From Candidatus Bathyarchaeia archaeon (lineage in GTDB: Archaea > Thermoproteota > Bathyarchaeia > 40CM-2-53-6), in the NCBI GenBank assembly GCA_049513715.1, contig JBEKVV010000008.1:26447-90446 (forward strand): 64,000 nt of DNA, given 5' to 3'. Position numbers and translations under genes: made by a program. Shown here in pieces: positions 1-8,842 of this stretch. The notes below the pieces were generated by a model. The model was not told the origin of the DNA. It saw only the letters and a list, made by a program, of their open reading frames with translations, and ran no database searches. How positions within the stretch are numbered: position 1 is the stretch's first letter; the number at the start of each line of letters is the position of its first letter.

Positions 1-110
1 TTGGACTCGGCGGGCCAGCGTTGACTTGAAAAGGAGAAGCATATGCTGCTGCGAGTTGGCTAGCGAATACAACTGTGAGCATTAGGACAATTGGCACTAT
101 TCTCCGAGAA
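1..110. repeat. 110-bp identical direct repeat, copy 1 (signal-peptide cassette); copy 2 at 3100-3209
   Basis: Direct sequence comparison; may extend beyond the window edge. Confidence 0.95.
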
Positions 111-142
111 AGGAATCTCGTCCTTTTGCCTGATACACCCAA
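1..142 (-). CDS. 5' part of a secreted/surface protein running off the left edge; paralogue of 2156..3259
   Basis: TTG at 142 reads MGVSGKRTRFLSRRIVPIVLMLTVVFASQLAAAYASPFQVNAGPPSP; nt 1-110 are identical to 3100-3209; TATA-like TTTTATAG about 25 nt upstream. Confidence 0.75.
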   Translation of the reverse strand, partial: MGVSGKRTRFLSRRIVPIVLMLTVVFASQLAAAYASPFQVNAGPPSP

Positions 143-160
143 TAGAAGCTGACGCGCCGA

Positions 161-172
161 TTTTCTATAAAA
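161..172 (-). promoter_or_regulatory. TATA box for the left-edge gene
   Basis: Minus strand TTTTATAGAAAA 20-30 nt upstream of TTG 142. Confidence 0.5.
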
Positions 173-584
173 CATGGCTCGCACATTGGGTATGAATGTT
201 TTCGAGTAGGAGCCATCAAACTGGTGTAACTCCCGAATTCGATTCCGAGTTACACTGTTTTCGTGACTTGACAGAGTGTGGAATGGCATAGCAACGTTCC
301 GTTATTGGAACATGCATGTGCCAATATAACGCTGATGTTTGTATTATATATAATATATTGGTTTTTGGTGTGCTAATGTTCCGATATTAGGGCGTCTGGG
401 TTCCAATATCCAAGAAACGATAACGCTCAGGATTAGAGGCATCGCTTGAGGGGACAGCTGCGTCGCACAGTCAAACAAAACGTCCCAGTTGGTACCACCG
501 TCTCATCTGTGAATCGACAGCACAGATATTACAGATGTGCCCCCTGACATTCCTCCTAGAAAAAGGTGCATCAAACAGGAGGGG

Positions 585-2150
585 TTACGAAGTCAAGTCC
601 CTGCGACGTCTCATGACCGCTAGTGCCCCTAGACCTATTGTGACTCCCACAAGTATCGATTCCCATGGGAAGCCAGGAATCGCTGGCTGTGTTGTAGTGG
701 TTGAAGTTGTTGAGAATTGATTCCCCACGATTTGGTTGTTCTTGGGACCGCCTTGTTCGTCGATCGCGATAGAATTCTGACCGAGATAGGCGAAAGTGTT
801 GTTCGCTATTAGAGACTGTGACGTATCTGTGAGGATGATGCCATATCTTGCGGACCCATTGATGTAGTTGTTGCTTAGGATGACAGATCTTCCGCTTGTG
901 ACGTTTATCCCGACGGTGTAGGTTGAAGAAGCGATTCCTTCGATCCGATTCCCCGAAACCAATGTGCCATGTGGCTCTTTCAATTCCATGCCTGAGTTCA
1001 CGGGCTGCGCAATCACATTGTTCAGAAGATGCGCACATGCCGTTCCTGACGCGAGGTATATGCCCGTCTTGGGTCGTTCGATATCGTTGGTGGAAATCAG
1101 GGTGCAATCAACGTTTCTGAGATATACGCCCGTAAGCCGAGCATCGAGAATGCGATTCTTCCAAAGCACATAATCGCTTCCACCTGGCACAAATATTCCG
1201 TACCTTTGACTCTGAACAATAGTATTATTCACGATTGTGACGTTAGAAGCCGCATCCGGTGAATAAATAGTGACCCCAGCATATCCTGGATGCTGGATGA
1301 GGTTGTCACTGATCAAAACGTCTCTGCATGGGCCGCTCCCAAGGTTCTCGAGCGCAATTCCACTTCCTCCGGCATAATTGACTACGTTTGACGTTACACT
1401 GTCGTCAGAGGTAGTGACGAGCGAGATTCCATTGTGGTTGGTCGTTCTGTTAATGAAATTACTAGAGGCAATCATGTGAGTTCCTTTTGACAGAATTATG
1501 CCATCATCGGTGGCATTGAAGATCGTGTTATTGAGAGCGGCGTCTCCATCACCGCTCAACCGTATGCCCCCATGATCGGGATTCACAATGTAAAGACCAG
1601 ATACAGTATTGTTGCGCCCCCTTACGCCTATTGTTTCGTAACTCTTTCCTTTCACTTGATTCGTCGCGTTAATCATGAAGTTCTCAACAATCCAGTTCGC
1701 CTCATCAAACCACGCCGCCTGACCATTGAAGCTCGGCTTAAGGACAAGTTTCGTTCCCAAACCGCTTCCTTCCAGGTTGACGTTGTCATGTCCTGGGTCA
1801 AACACGAGTGTCCGGGAGACTACGTACGTGCCATTTTTGATGACGACATGACACCCGACTGAACAGTGTCTCACTGTAGATTCAATGACATCGGCGAACA
1901 CCAGTCCGTCTACTCTACTTGCATTGTTCGGTCCTCCATAGACCACGCTGTCTGTCGTGCAGTCTCTGGCGTAGTAATAGATTCCGTCGGTGGATATTAC
2001 ATAGTTACAGGGCACGTTTAGATTCGTTGCACTAATGTTGACTATGGTTCGCCTAGTCGGTTTTGGTAAGGCCAGGGAGGCCATCGGAGTGACGCCGGTC
2101 AGAATAACGAGAACAAGTATGACTGCCATTACTCTTCCCGAGCAAAACAT
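585..2150 (-). CDS. Right-handed parallel beta-helix (NosD/pectin-lyase-like) surface protein with PGF-CTERM-like sorting signal
   Basis: Hydrophobic signal, many GI..N beta-helix repeats, C-terminal IPGFPWES + TM + RRRR; start set at ATG 2150, just after the upstream stop. Confidence 0.85.
   Translation of the reverse strand: MFCSGRVMAVILVLVILTGVTPMASLALPKPTRRTIVNISATNLNVPCNYVISTDGIYYYARDCTTDSVVYGGPNNASRVDGLVFADVIESTVRHCSVGCHVVIKNGTYVVSRTLVFDPGHDNVNLEGSGLGTKLVLKPSFNGQAAWFDEANWIVENFMINATNQVKGKSYETIGVRGRNNTVSGLYIVNPDHGGIRLSGDGDAALNNTIFNATDDGIILSKGTHMIASSNFINRTTNHNGISLVTTSDDSVTSNVVNYAGGSGIALENLGSGPCRDVLISDNLIQHPGYAGVTIYSPDAASNVTIVNNTIVQSQRYGIFVPGGSDYVLWKNRILDARLTGVYLRNVDCTLISTNDIERPKTGIYLASGTACAHLLNNVIAQPVNSGMELKEPHGTLVSGNRIEGIASSTYTVGINVTSGRSVILSNNYINGSARYGIILTDTSQSLIANNTFAYLGQNSIAIDEQGGPKNNQIVGNQFSTTSTTTTQPAIPGFPWESILVGVTIGLGALAVMRRRRDLTS
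591..714. repeat. About 124-bp near-identical repeat (Thr linker + PGF-CTERM cassette); copy 2 at about 2219-2342
   Basis: Both encode STTSTTTTQPAIPGFPWESILVG(V/A)TIGLGALAVMRRR with a long identical DNA core. Confidence 0.95.
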
Positions 2151-2155
2151 GTCTA

Positions 2156-3259
2156 TCAGCAGTGTTTTCTTGAAAAGGATGGATTTAAGGGTGGATTGAA
2201 AGGGAAGCGATACGAAGGAGTCAAGTTCTTGCGGCGTCTCATTACCGCCAGTGCTCCTAGACCTATTGTGGCTCCCACAAGTATCGATTCCCATGGGAAG
2301 CCAGGAATCGCTGGCTGTGTTGTAGTGGTTGAAGTTGTTGAGGATGATGTGGAACTTGAAGTCTGCGGCTGTGTTTTCCATATTTCTAGGTCATCAACCC
2401 AGATTCTGTAAGGCGAAAACATGTCATTGGTACTGTAGTAGATTTTCGCTGGAGTGGTGGACCATTTTTCAGCCGAGCCCATAGTTACATTCTGAAGTCC
2501 ACTTCTATCTGTAATCAACTGTCCGTCAAACCAGATTCTAAGAATACCATTAGTTGAGCTTTTCAAAACATAATACTGAACTTGGAACCATCTACCGACA
2601 GGCAAAGGAAAATTTAGGTTGTCGTAGAGCCAGTGTTCGACATTGTTAGCGTCCTGATAGGCAACTTGCAATTCGAAGTTGTGTGAAGGAGGTGTTTGAA
2701 TTATGTAGATTGCTGAGTAGCTGCCTGACGATGTGAAGTACGGGTTCACAAGCTCATACCAAGAACTGCCTGAAGGCGTGTAGGTTTGCCAGTTCGCTGG
2801 CAGGTATAACCAAACAGAAACAAACGCCTGATCTCCAGTCAAAGCATTCAGATTTTCGATGTTGAACTCATCACGCCTAGACTTCGTGATGTTGAACAGC
2901 TCCATTCCGAGACAGCGTGTGCCACTGTGACAAGTAAAACCTGGCGTTTTCTTGTCTAATCCCTCCATCCACGCCGTTGCTCCCCCGGGTTGAACATAGT
3001 TTCCATACACAAGCGAATTTGGAATCCCCATGTTGAGTCCATTATCGTTATGTGGTTCAGGGTATTTCAGAGTCACATTCTCGAAGTCTGTACGATAAAT
3101 TGGACTCGGCGGGCCAGCGTTGACTTGAAAAGGAGAAGCATATGCTGCTGCGAGTTGGCTAGCGAATACAACTGTGAGCATTAGGACAATTGGCACTATT
3201 CTCCGAGAAGGGAAACTCCTCTTTGGCATAGACATAGCTTCGTTGCTGGTGCCCCTCAA
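2156..3259 (-). CDS. Secreted polysaccharide-lyase/LamG-like jelly-roll protein with PGF-CTERM-like signal
   Basis: Signal peptide, DFE..., SVWLYLP, GRWFQV, GILRIWFDG, IWVDDLEI motifs; Ser/Thr linker then IPGFPWES-TM-RRRK. Confidence 0.75.
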   Translation of the reverse strand: MRGTSNEAMSMPKRSFPSRRIVPIVLMLTVVFASQLAAAYASPFQVNAGPPSPIYRTDFENVTLKYPEPHNDNGLNMGIPNSLVYGNYVQPGGATAWMEGLDKKTPGFTCHSGTRCLGMELFNITKSRRDEFNIENLNALTGDQAFVSVWLYLPANWQTYTPSGSSWYELVNPYFTSSGSYSAIYIIQTPPSHNFELQVAYQDANNVEHWLYDNLNFPLPVGRWFQVQYYVLKSSTNGILRIWFDGQLITDRSGLQNVTMGSAEKWSTTPAKIYYSTNDMFSPYRIWVDDLEIWKTQPQTSSSTSSSTTSTTTTQPAIPGFPWESILVGATIGLGALAVMRRRKNLTPSYRFPFNPPLNPSFSRKHC

Positions 3260-3706
3260 TCAGAACATCACATATAGGTCAGTGCTCAGTTCTTTCTCTT
3301 TGGGCGGTTCTACTAGAGGCCGCAAAGCCAGCATCATGTCATTAAGAACTGGCATCCAATAGTCACCATCTTGTCGCGCTTTAGCCTCTAGGTCATGGAG
3401 ATTCGACGACAAGTTCGTGTAGATCTGCGGATCAGATGTGGATTGCTCGTTCGTGTGCCAACCAGTGCGTCCCCTCCAATCCTTCCATTCATTTGTGTGC
3501 ATTCTTAATCGCCCCCGTCTTCGCCATGCTATCGGCGTCACTATCAAGAAATAGATGCTTGAGAGTGCTGCCGTCACCAGGCAGGAACGGATGTAGTCCA
3601 CAAACCCTCGCAAGGCTACGCCTGCCGAGTGCAAGAACGACACCGTTGAAAGCATCAGCTTCACAGTATTGACACGCATGCGCCTTCCTAGACTAGTCAA
3701 GAGCAA
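3260..3706 (-). CDS. SxtJ-like membrane protein coupled to carbamoyltransferase
   Basis: YFLIVTPIAWRRR motif, C-terminal DLYVMF, overlaps the carbamoyltransferase stop. Confidence 0.55.
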   Translation of the reverse strand: MLLTSLGRRMRVNTVKLMLSTVSFLHSAGVALRGFVDYIRSCLVTAALSSIYFLIVTPIAWRRRGRLRMHTNEWKDWRGRTGWHTNEQSTSDPQIYTNLSSNLHDLEAKARQDGDYWMPVLNDMMLALRPLVEPPKEKELSTDLYVMF

Positions 3707-5513
3707 ATTCCTCCTGCTTTTCGGTAAGCTTTGTTTGCGGCTGCTCTTTCTTGTCCAACCAGAAGCCCTCTAGGTACAAATACTCTATGTCAGTCCGCGC
3801 AAAGCAACGATAGGCATCATCGGGGGTGCAGACAATCGGCTCCCCACGAACGTTGAAGGATGTGTTGACGACAACCGCACAGCCGGTCAATGATTCAAAC
3901 TGCAGAATAACTTCATGAAAGAGCGGATTCGTCTCGCGATGAACCGTCTGGATTCGAGCGGAGTAGTCCCAATGTGTCACAGCAGGAATGTCGCTACGTT
4001 TCTGGTTGACTGCTGGAAGTAAGTCGTCATCAACGATAAGAGCGCTTTCTCGTGGTAACCGGCGTGATTTACACACAGGCGCAACAAGCAGCATGTACGG
4101 GCTCGCGCGGTCCAGCTCGAAATAATCCTTCAAGCGTTCAATCAAGACAGCAGGAGCAAACGGTCGGAAAGATTCGCGAGGTTTGATCTTCAAGTTCATC
4201 ACTCGCTGCATGTCTTCGCGCCGCGGATCACCCAGGATTGAACGAGAGCCCAGAGCTCGTGGTCCATATTCGATGCGTCCAGAGAAGAAGCCAACAACAT
4301 GCCCATCAGCTAAGGCTCTGGCTACTGTGATTGCGCGTTCATCCTTTTTCAAGTGCCTGTAGGACAGCCTTTCTCTTTGGAGAAACGCCTCAACTTCAGG
4401 TTCGGAAAAGGCAGGTCCAAGATAGCTACCTTTCTGCTTATCAAACCCATCCGACGGCGTCCTCTTTACGCTGTGGTGGCCGAACTGAACAGCCAGCGCA
4501 GCGCCCAAAGCTCCGCCAGCGTCACCTGCTGCAGGCTGAATCCAGATATCCTCAAATGGGCTTTCGCGTAGGATGCGACCATTTGCGACACAGTTCAGGG
4601 CGACGCCTCCAGCTAAGCATAAGAATCTCTTGCGCGTTTCCTTGTGAATGTAACAAGCCATTTTGAGCATCGCCTCTTCCGTAAACGCTTGGATTGAGGC
4701 CGCTAGGTCCATTTCCCTACGCGTGATGCGTGACTCAGGAAGGCGACGATGTCCGCCAAAGAGTTCGTCAAATTTCGGTGAGGTCATCTCGAGCCTGTCT
4801 AGAAAACCGAAATATTCTAGGTTAAGAGCCACGGAACCGTCTTCGTGGATTGTCGCAATCTGCTCTTTTATGTCGTTCAGGTATCTGGGCTGACCATAGG
4901 GAGCCAGCCCCATCAGCTTGTATTCTCCTGAATTTACCTTGAAGCCGCAGAAGTATGTGATGGCTGAATACAGGAGCCCAAGCGAGTCTGGAAAGTGCAT
5001 TTCCTTCAGGATGCGCACTTCCTCTCCTACACCGACACCGAAGGAGGCGGTGGCCCATTCTCCAACACCGTCAACTGTCAGGATTGCCGCGTCGTCATAA
5101 GGGGAAGGATAGAATGCGCTGGCGGCATGGGCAAGATGGTGCGGTGTGAACAGGACAGGTCCTTCGTAGCCAAGCGATTCCCGAATGATCTTGGGAATGC
5201 GCAATTTCTGTGCGATCCACCTCGGCATGGAGGTTGACCAAGATTTGGAGCCATGATGGGCAACGGCAAGATAGGATTTCAGGAGACGATCGTATGTCAG
5301 GACCGGCTTGTCATAGAATACCACCGAATCCAAATCGCAAGGAAGAATTTCCCCTTCCTCGAGACAGTATAGGATAGCATTGGTCGGGAAGGATGCGTCG
5401 AATTTCCTGCGTGTGAAACGTTCTTCCTGAGCCGCGGCGATGATCTCTCCGTCCCGCACAAGGGCGGCTGCTGCATCGTGGTAGAAACAGGAGATCCCAA
5501 GAGTGGCAGGCAT
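3693..5513 (-). CDS. Carbamoyltransferase, NodU/CmcH/TobZ family
   Basis: LGISCFYHDAAA, AAQEERF, HHLAHAASAF, DGVGE, GEYKLMGLAPYG, AGGVALNC, GPRALG, NTSFNVRGEPIV. Confidence 0.96.
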   Translation of the reverse strand: MPATLGISCFYHDAAAALVRDGEIIAAAQEERFTRRKFDASFPTNAILYCLEEGEILPCDLDSVVFYDKPVLTYDRLLKSYLAVAHHGSKSWSTSMPRWIAQKLRIPKIIRESLGYEGPVLFTPHHLAHAASAFYPSPYDDAAILTVDGVGEWATASFGVGVGEEVRILKEMHFPDSLGLLYSAITYFCGFKVNSGEYKLMGLAPYGQPRYLNDIKEQIATIHEDGSVALNLEYFGFLDRLEMTSPKFDELFGGHRRLPESRITRREMDLAASIQAFTEEAMLKMACYIHKETRKRFLCLAGGVALNCVANGRILRESPFEDIWIQPAAGDAGGALGAALAVQFGHHSVKRTPSDGFDKQKGSYLGPAFSEPEVEAFLQRERLSYRHLKKDERAITVARALADGHVVGFFSGRIEYGPRALGSRSILGDPRREDMQRVMNLKIKPRESFRPFAPAVLIERLKDYFELDRASPYMLLVAPVCKSRRLPRESALIVDDDLLPAVNQKRSDIPAVTHWDYSARIQTVHRETNPLFHEVILQFESLTGCAVVVNTSFNVRGEPIVCTPDDAYRCFARTDIEYLYLEGFWLDKKEQPQTKLTEKQEEFALD

Positions 5514-5535
5514 TCGACAAAGCCTCCAGCGCTTT

Positions 5536-6576
5536 TTAGCGCAGCATCGCCGGACAATGTTCTTCTAAGGCGTCAGTGAGAGCCTCGGCCACAACTCTAT
5601 GACCGAGGGAGGTATAGTGTACGTCATCGGCAAAAACGCACTCTATGCGTTTCTTGCGTGGCAATTGTTTGAAATATGGCAAGACATCTACGACGAAACA
5701 ATCCTTTGCGGGATCGTGCAGTTTCGCATACCGAACCAAATAGAGCGGTTTCAGGTCCCTGACGAAGTGACGATTGCTTGGCAGAGGAACAATGAATGTC
5801 GGTTTCCCGCCAACCTGTCTAATGAACCGTTCGATAATCGCGCGCATCAACTGCCAAGACGGACTGTCTTCGGATTCAAAGCTTTCTTGAGCATCCCCCA
5901 TCAAAGCACGAGAAACCATACTGCTTACCGCACTCCGGCGCATCCACCGTGGAATCAGCGGATAAATCTTTTCATATACGAGAGCCCTTTCGCTTGCTGC
6001 TCCAAGTCGGCTTGAGGTCTCTTTCTCCGAAATGATCTCCTTTGGAACCGGTTGGTTGTGCAAAATCAAATCGCCATCATCAAGTGTGAAGTATGGCTTA
6101 TGACGAAAGAAGACGTCGACGACGTTGATACCGCCAACACGCGTTCGAGAACCGAACTGGCAAACGTCGGTGACTATTCGCTGAATGTCAGAAAAGTATG
6201 GAGCGAGGATATACGCGTCTGCCTCAAATTCTTTTGCGAATGTCTCGTATATCAGCAGCTGCTGGTCTGTTCCGCTTCCTGAAAGAGCAAAGTTCATCAC
6301 GTCCAAGTTGGGATGAGACTGTTCCAGAATATCAGAAAAACGATCCCGATTTGTCACACCATGACCAGCAGTATAGGAATCGCCGAATAATGCTATTCGA
6401 CGCCGACCGATTGGGCTCTTTAAAGGATATTCCTTGTCAGCGCGCATCCCAATTGAATTGGTCCGGTGAAGGTACATGCGACGCCCCTCATGAAGAATCA
6501 TTGCTTTCAGATTAGGAACGAACCACCAACCGATCACTGGATGGTAGGCTGCTAGCCGTCTTTCCCAAATCGGCAA
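5536..6576 (-). CDS. SGNH/GDSL hydrolase-like protein
   Basis: TNSIGMR, FGDSYTAG, NFALSGSGTDQQ, DDVHYTSLGH. Confidence 0.88.
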   Translation of the reverse strand: MPIWERRLAAYHPVIGWWFVPNLKAMILHEGRRMYLHRTNSIGMRADKEYPLKSPIGRRRIALFGDSYTAGHGVTNRDRFSDILEQSHPNLDVMNFALSGSGTDQQLLIYETFAKEFEADAYILAPYFSDIQRIVTDVCQFGSRTRVGGINVVDVFFRHKPYFTLDDGDLILHNQPVPKEIISEKETSSRLGAASERALVYEKIYPLIPRWMRRSAVSSMVSRALMGDAQESFESEDSPSWQLMRAIIERFIRQVGGKPTFIVPLPSNRHFVRDLKPLYLVRYAKLHDPAKDCFVVDVLPYFKQLPRKKRIECVFADDVHYTSLGHRVVAEALTDALEEHCPAMLR

Positions 6577-6897
6577 ATTTGTTCTCCTAAGACAAGTTGT
6601 GCGGGGTTCGCTTACCTTATATTCATTATGATCTCAGAGAATTGCTTATGGTCTTTTTCCTAGCTATGCAAGAACGCTCCAGTCTAGACGATCATCATCA
6701 CCAGTCGGATAGGCTTCCCTCAGGCAGCAATTGCGGTCAGCATATTCCGCGCTGAAGTTGATGAGCCGATTTTCTATGGAACATGACCCACGCGCTCGGT
6801 ATGAAGGTTTTCGAGTGGGAGCCATAGGAGCAATAGGGCTGGCGAGCACCCGGCTCGGTATTATTGACATTGAAGGGGCGGCCTATCTCTTTCTTTC

Positions 6898-8802
6898 CTA
6901 CGCTGGCCATTTGGGAGCATTTATCGCGGTTATGAAGGCGTTTGCCGAGGGGTCATAATTCAGAAAAGCCCTAGTGTTGGTTCCCGAGTCGCGTATGTCG
7001 CCTTCTTCGAAATTGTTTTCGGTGAGAATATTGTTAACGCAATCCGAGCTGTGGATATTAACGCAGCCACCTGAGTTATTGTAGGTTCCGTTTGAGGATA
7101 TCTTGTTATAATTGCAGTTCGTGTCAAGGTAGATTCCGATGCCTGCGTTTGAGTCTATGACGTTTCCGCTAATTAGATTCCGTGACGCGTCCGAGTAGAG
7201 GTATATTCCGTAGGAGCTACCGTTCTGTATATTGTTGCCAGTGATGCAGTTGTCTCGTGCATTGTAGACGTAGATTTGGGCAAGGGTTGAGCGGTAAATC
7301 TTATTTCCTACTATGTTCTGCCCTGAATTCTTAACGTAGATGCCGTATGTTGCGTTAGCATAAATCAAATTTCCAGACACGTTGCACTGAAGTCCACTCA
7401 ACTCTATTCCTGCTTGAGTGTTTGAGTAGACAGTATTACCGGAGATTTCAACGTGAGGGCTAAGTATCATAATCCCGTCTCGCGAGTTGTTGTGGCAGTA
7501 ATTTCCTGTGACTGTGATACGGTCGCAGTTCGTATAGACGTAAACGCCATCAATAGCGTTGCTGTAGAAAACGTTGTGGCTGATTATGGAGTCTGTGACG
7601 GTGTTGATGTAGACGCCGGAGCCGCTTGCCGAACTGTAACAAATGTTTCCCTCAATGATATGATAGGCACTTGTGGCGTCCCTTGCTAGGATGTTTGCGT
7701 CCACATTGCTCCAAGCCACGTTTCCCTTAACTCGACATGCACTGCTGCTCTGCAGAACGATGCCGCACGAAGCCGCCCCCGTCACAAAACAGTTCTGAAC
7801 GATACAGTAACTGGACGCTGTGATGAATATTCCGCACTGGTTCGTCCAAGTTCCTTGAAAGGTGTTGTTCGCCGTGTTGCCGTTAATGTAGAGGTCCCTG
7901 ATTTCCACGTAATTATAGGTGTTCACGGTGATGGCGTTGATGTATGTTGATTTAGGAATGAGCAGCCGAGTGGATTGCCCTTCACCTTGAATTATGGTTG
8001 AAGGTTGCGCAACAGCTAACGCGGCGGTTAGAGAATAAGACCCTGCCCTAATGAACACTAGACCGCCGGTTGTCGGGAGAGCAGACAAAGTTTTGTTTAT
8101 GACGGTAGCGGCATCTATCTCTGAATACTCAACTGCCCCCGTTATGCCGTTGAGTGACTTGATTGTTGTTCGGTCGATGAATATGATGCTGGTCGCTGGT
8201 TTCAGACCTAGGAGAGAACGGTCACCACTGGTATATGCTAGGTTTTCAATCGCTTCGCCGCCAAGGAACACTCCGGCTGCCCCGGCTCCGATCCCGATTG
8301 CCCACTTGAGAAACTTGCGAAAGTTCCTGTCGACAGGCTTCTTGTCAGATGCTTTTGCCACCAACCCGACCGCGAAGAGCATCCACTTGACTTCGGGTTG
8401 GCCAAGCGCCATCCCCAAGATCAACGCGAAAAATGGTGCGACGACTCTTATCCAGATAGGAATCTGAATCATTGCGCGCGTCAAGCAACGTGGCTTCCCA
8501 TGAACCAACTTCCCGTTTACCGTGTTCGTCGCTCCCCGCTTGCGGCAGATTTGACAATGGCCGCTGGCGGCAATATTCTCATCACTGTGTGTGCCGTGAT
8601 GACCCCATCTCGAATGGAAAACGTATCTCGATTCGATTAGGAAGCTTCTCAACCTTGAAAGTGAGGATGGTCTCGCCTTCATCTCGTGGTGGAGATCGTA
8701 TTCCTTACCACATTTCGTACAAGCATAGAGTTTAGGAGCCCAAGGTCGTCTGTTGATGTGATGAAGCCTCACAATGGCATTGCAGCATGGACTACATCGC
8801 AT
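6898..8802 (-). CDS. Membrane-anchored parallel beta-helix protein with Cys/His-rich N-terminus
   Basis: GGLVFIRAGSY, IIQGEG and many GN...N..GI repeats; N-terminal CxxC motifs and hydrophobic segments; start uncertain. Confidence 0.8.
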   Translation of the reverse strand: MRCSPCCNAIVRLHHINRRPWAPKLYACTKCGKEYDLHHEMKARPSSLSRLRSFLIESRYVFHSRWGHHGTHSDENIAASGHCQICRKRGATNTVNGKLVHGKPRCLTRAMIQIPIWIRVVAPFFALILGMALGQPEVKWMLFAVGLVAKASDKKPVDRNFRKFLKWAIGIGAGAAGVFLGGEAIENLAYTSGDRSLLGLKPATSIIFIDRTTIKSLNGITGAVEYSEIDAATVINKTLSALPTTGGLVFIRAGSYSLTAALAVAQPSTIIQGEGQSTRLLIPKSTYINAITVNTYNYVEIRDLYINGNTANNTFQGTWTNQCGIFITASSYCIVQNCFVTGAASCGIVLQSSSACRVKGNVAWSNVDANILARDATSAYHIIEGNICYSSASGSGVYINTVTDSIISHNVFYSNAIDGVYVYTNCDRITVTGNYCHNNSRDGIMILSPHVEISGNTVYSNTQAGIELSGLQCNVSGNLIYANATYGIYVKNSGQNIVGNKIYRSTLAQIYVYNARDNCITGNNIQNGSSYGIYLYSDASRNLISGNVIDSNAGIGIYLDTNCNYNKISSNGTYNNSGGCVNIHSSDCVNNILTENNFEEGDIRDSGTNTRAFLNYDPSANAFITAINAPKWPA

Positions 8803-8842
8803 CTTCTAAGATGACTCCTTCATGCTGGCTTGTCCCATGGCT

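Noticed and set aside
2151..2381. N-terminal extension of ORF 585..2381
   Set aside because: It is an alternative-frame reading of the upstream gene's sorting cassette; a signal peptide begins near 2150
3260..5513. Saxitoxin biosynthesis
   Set aside because: SxtI/J-like genes are widespread; no sxtA or other pathway genes, and the context is glycosylation
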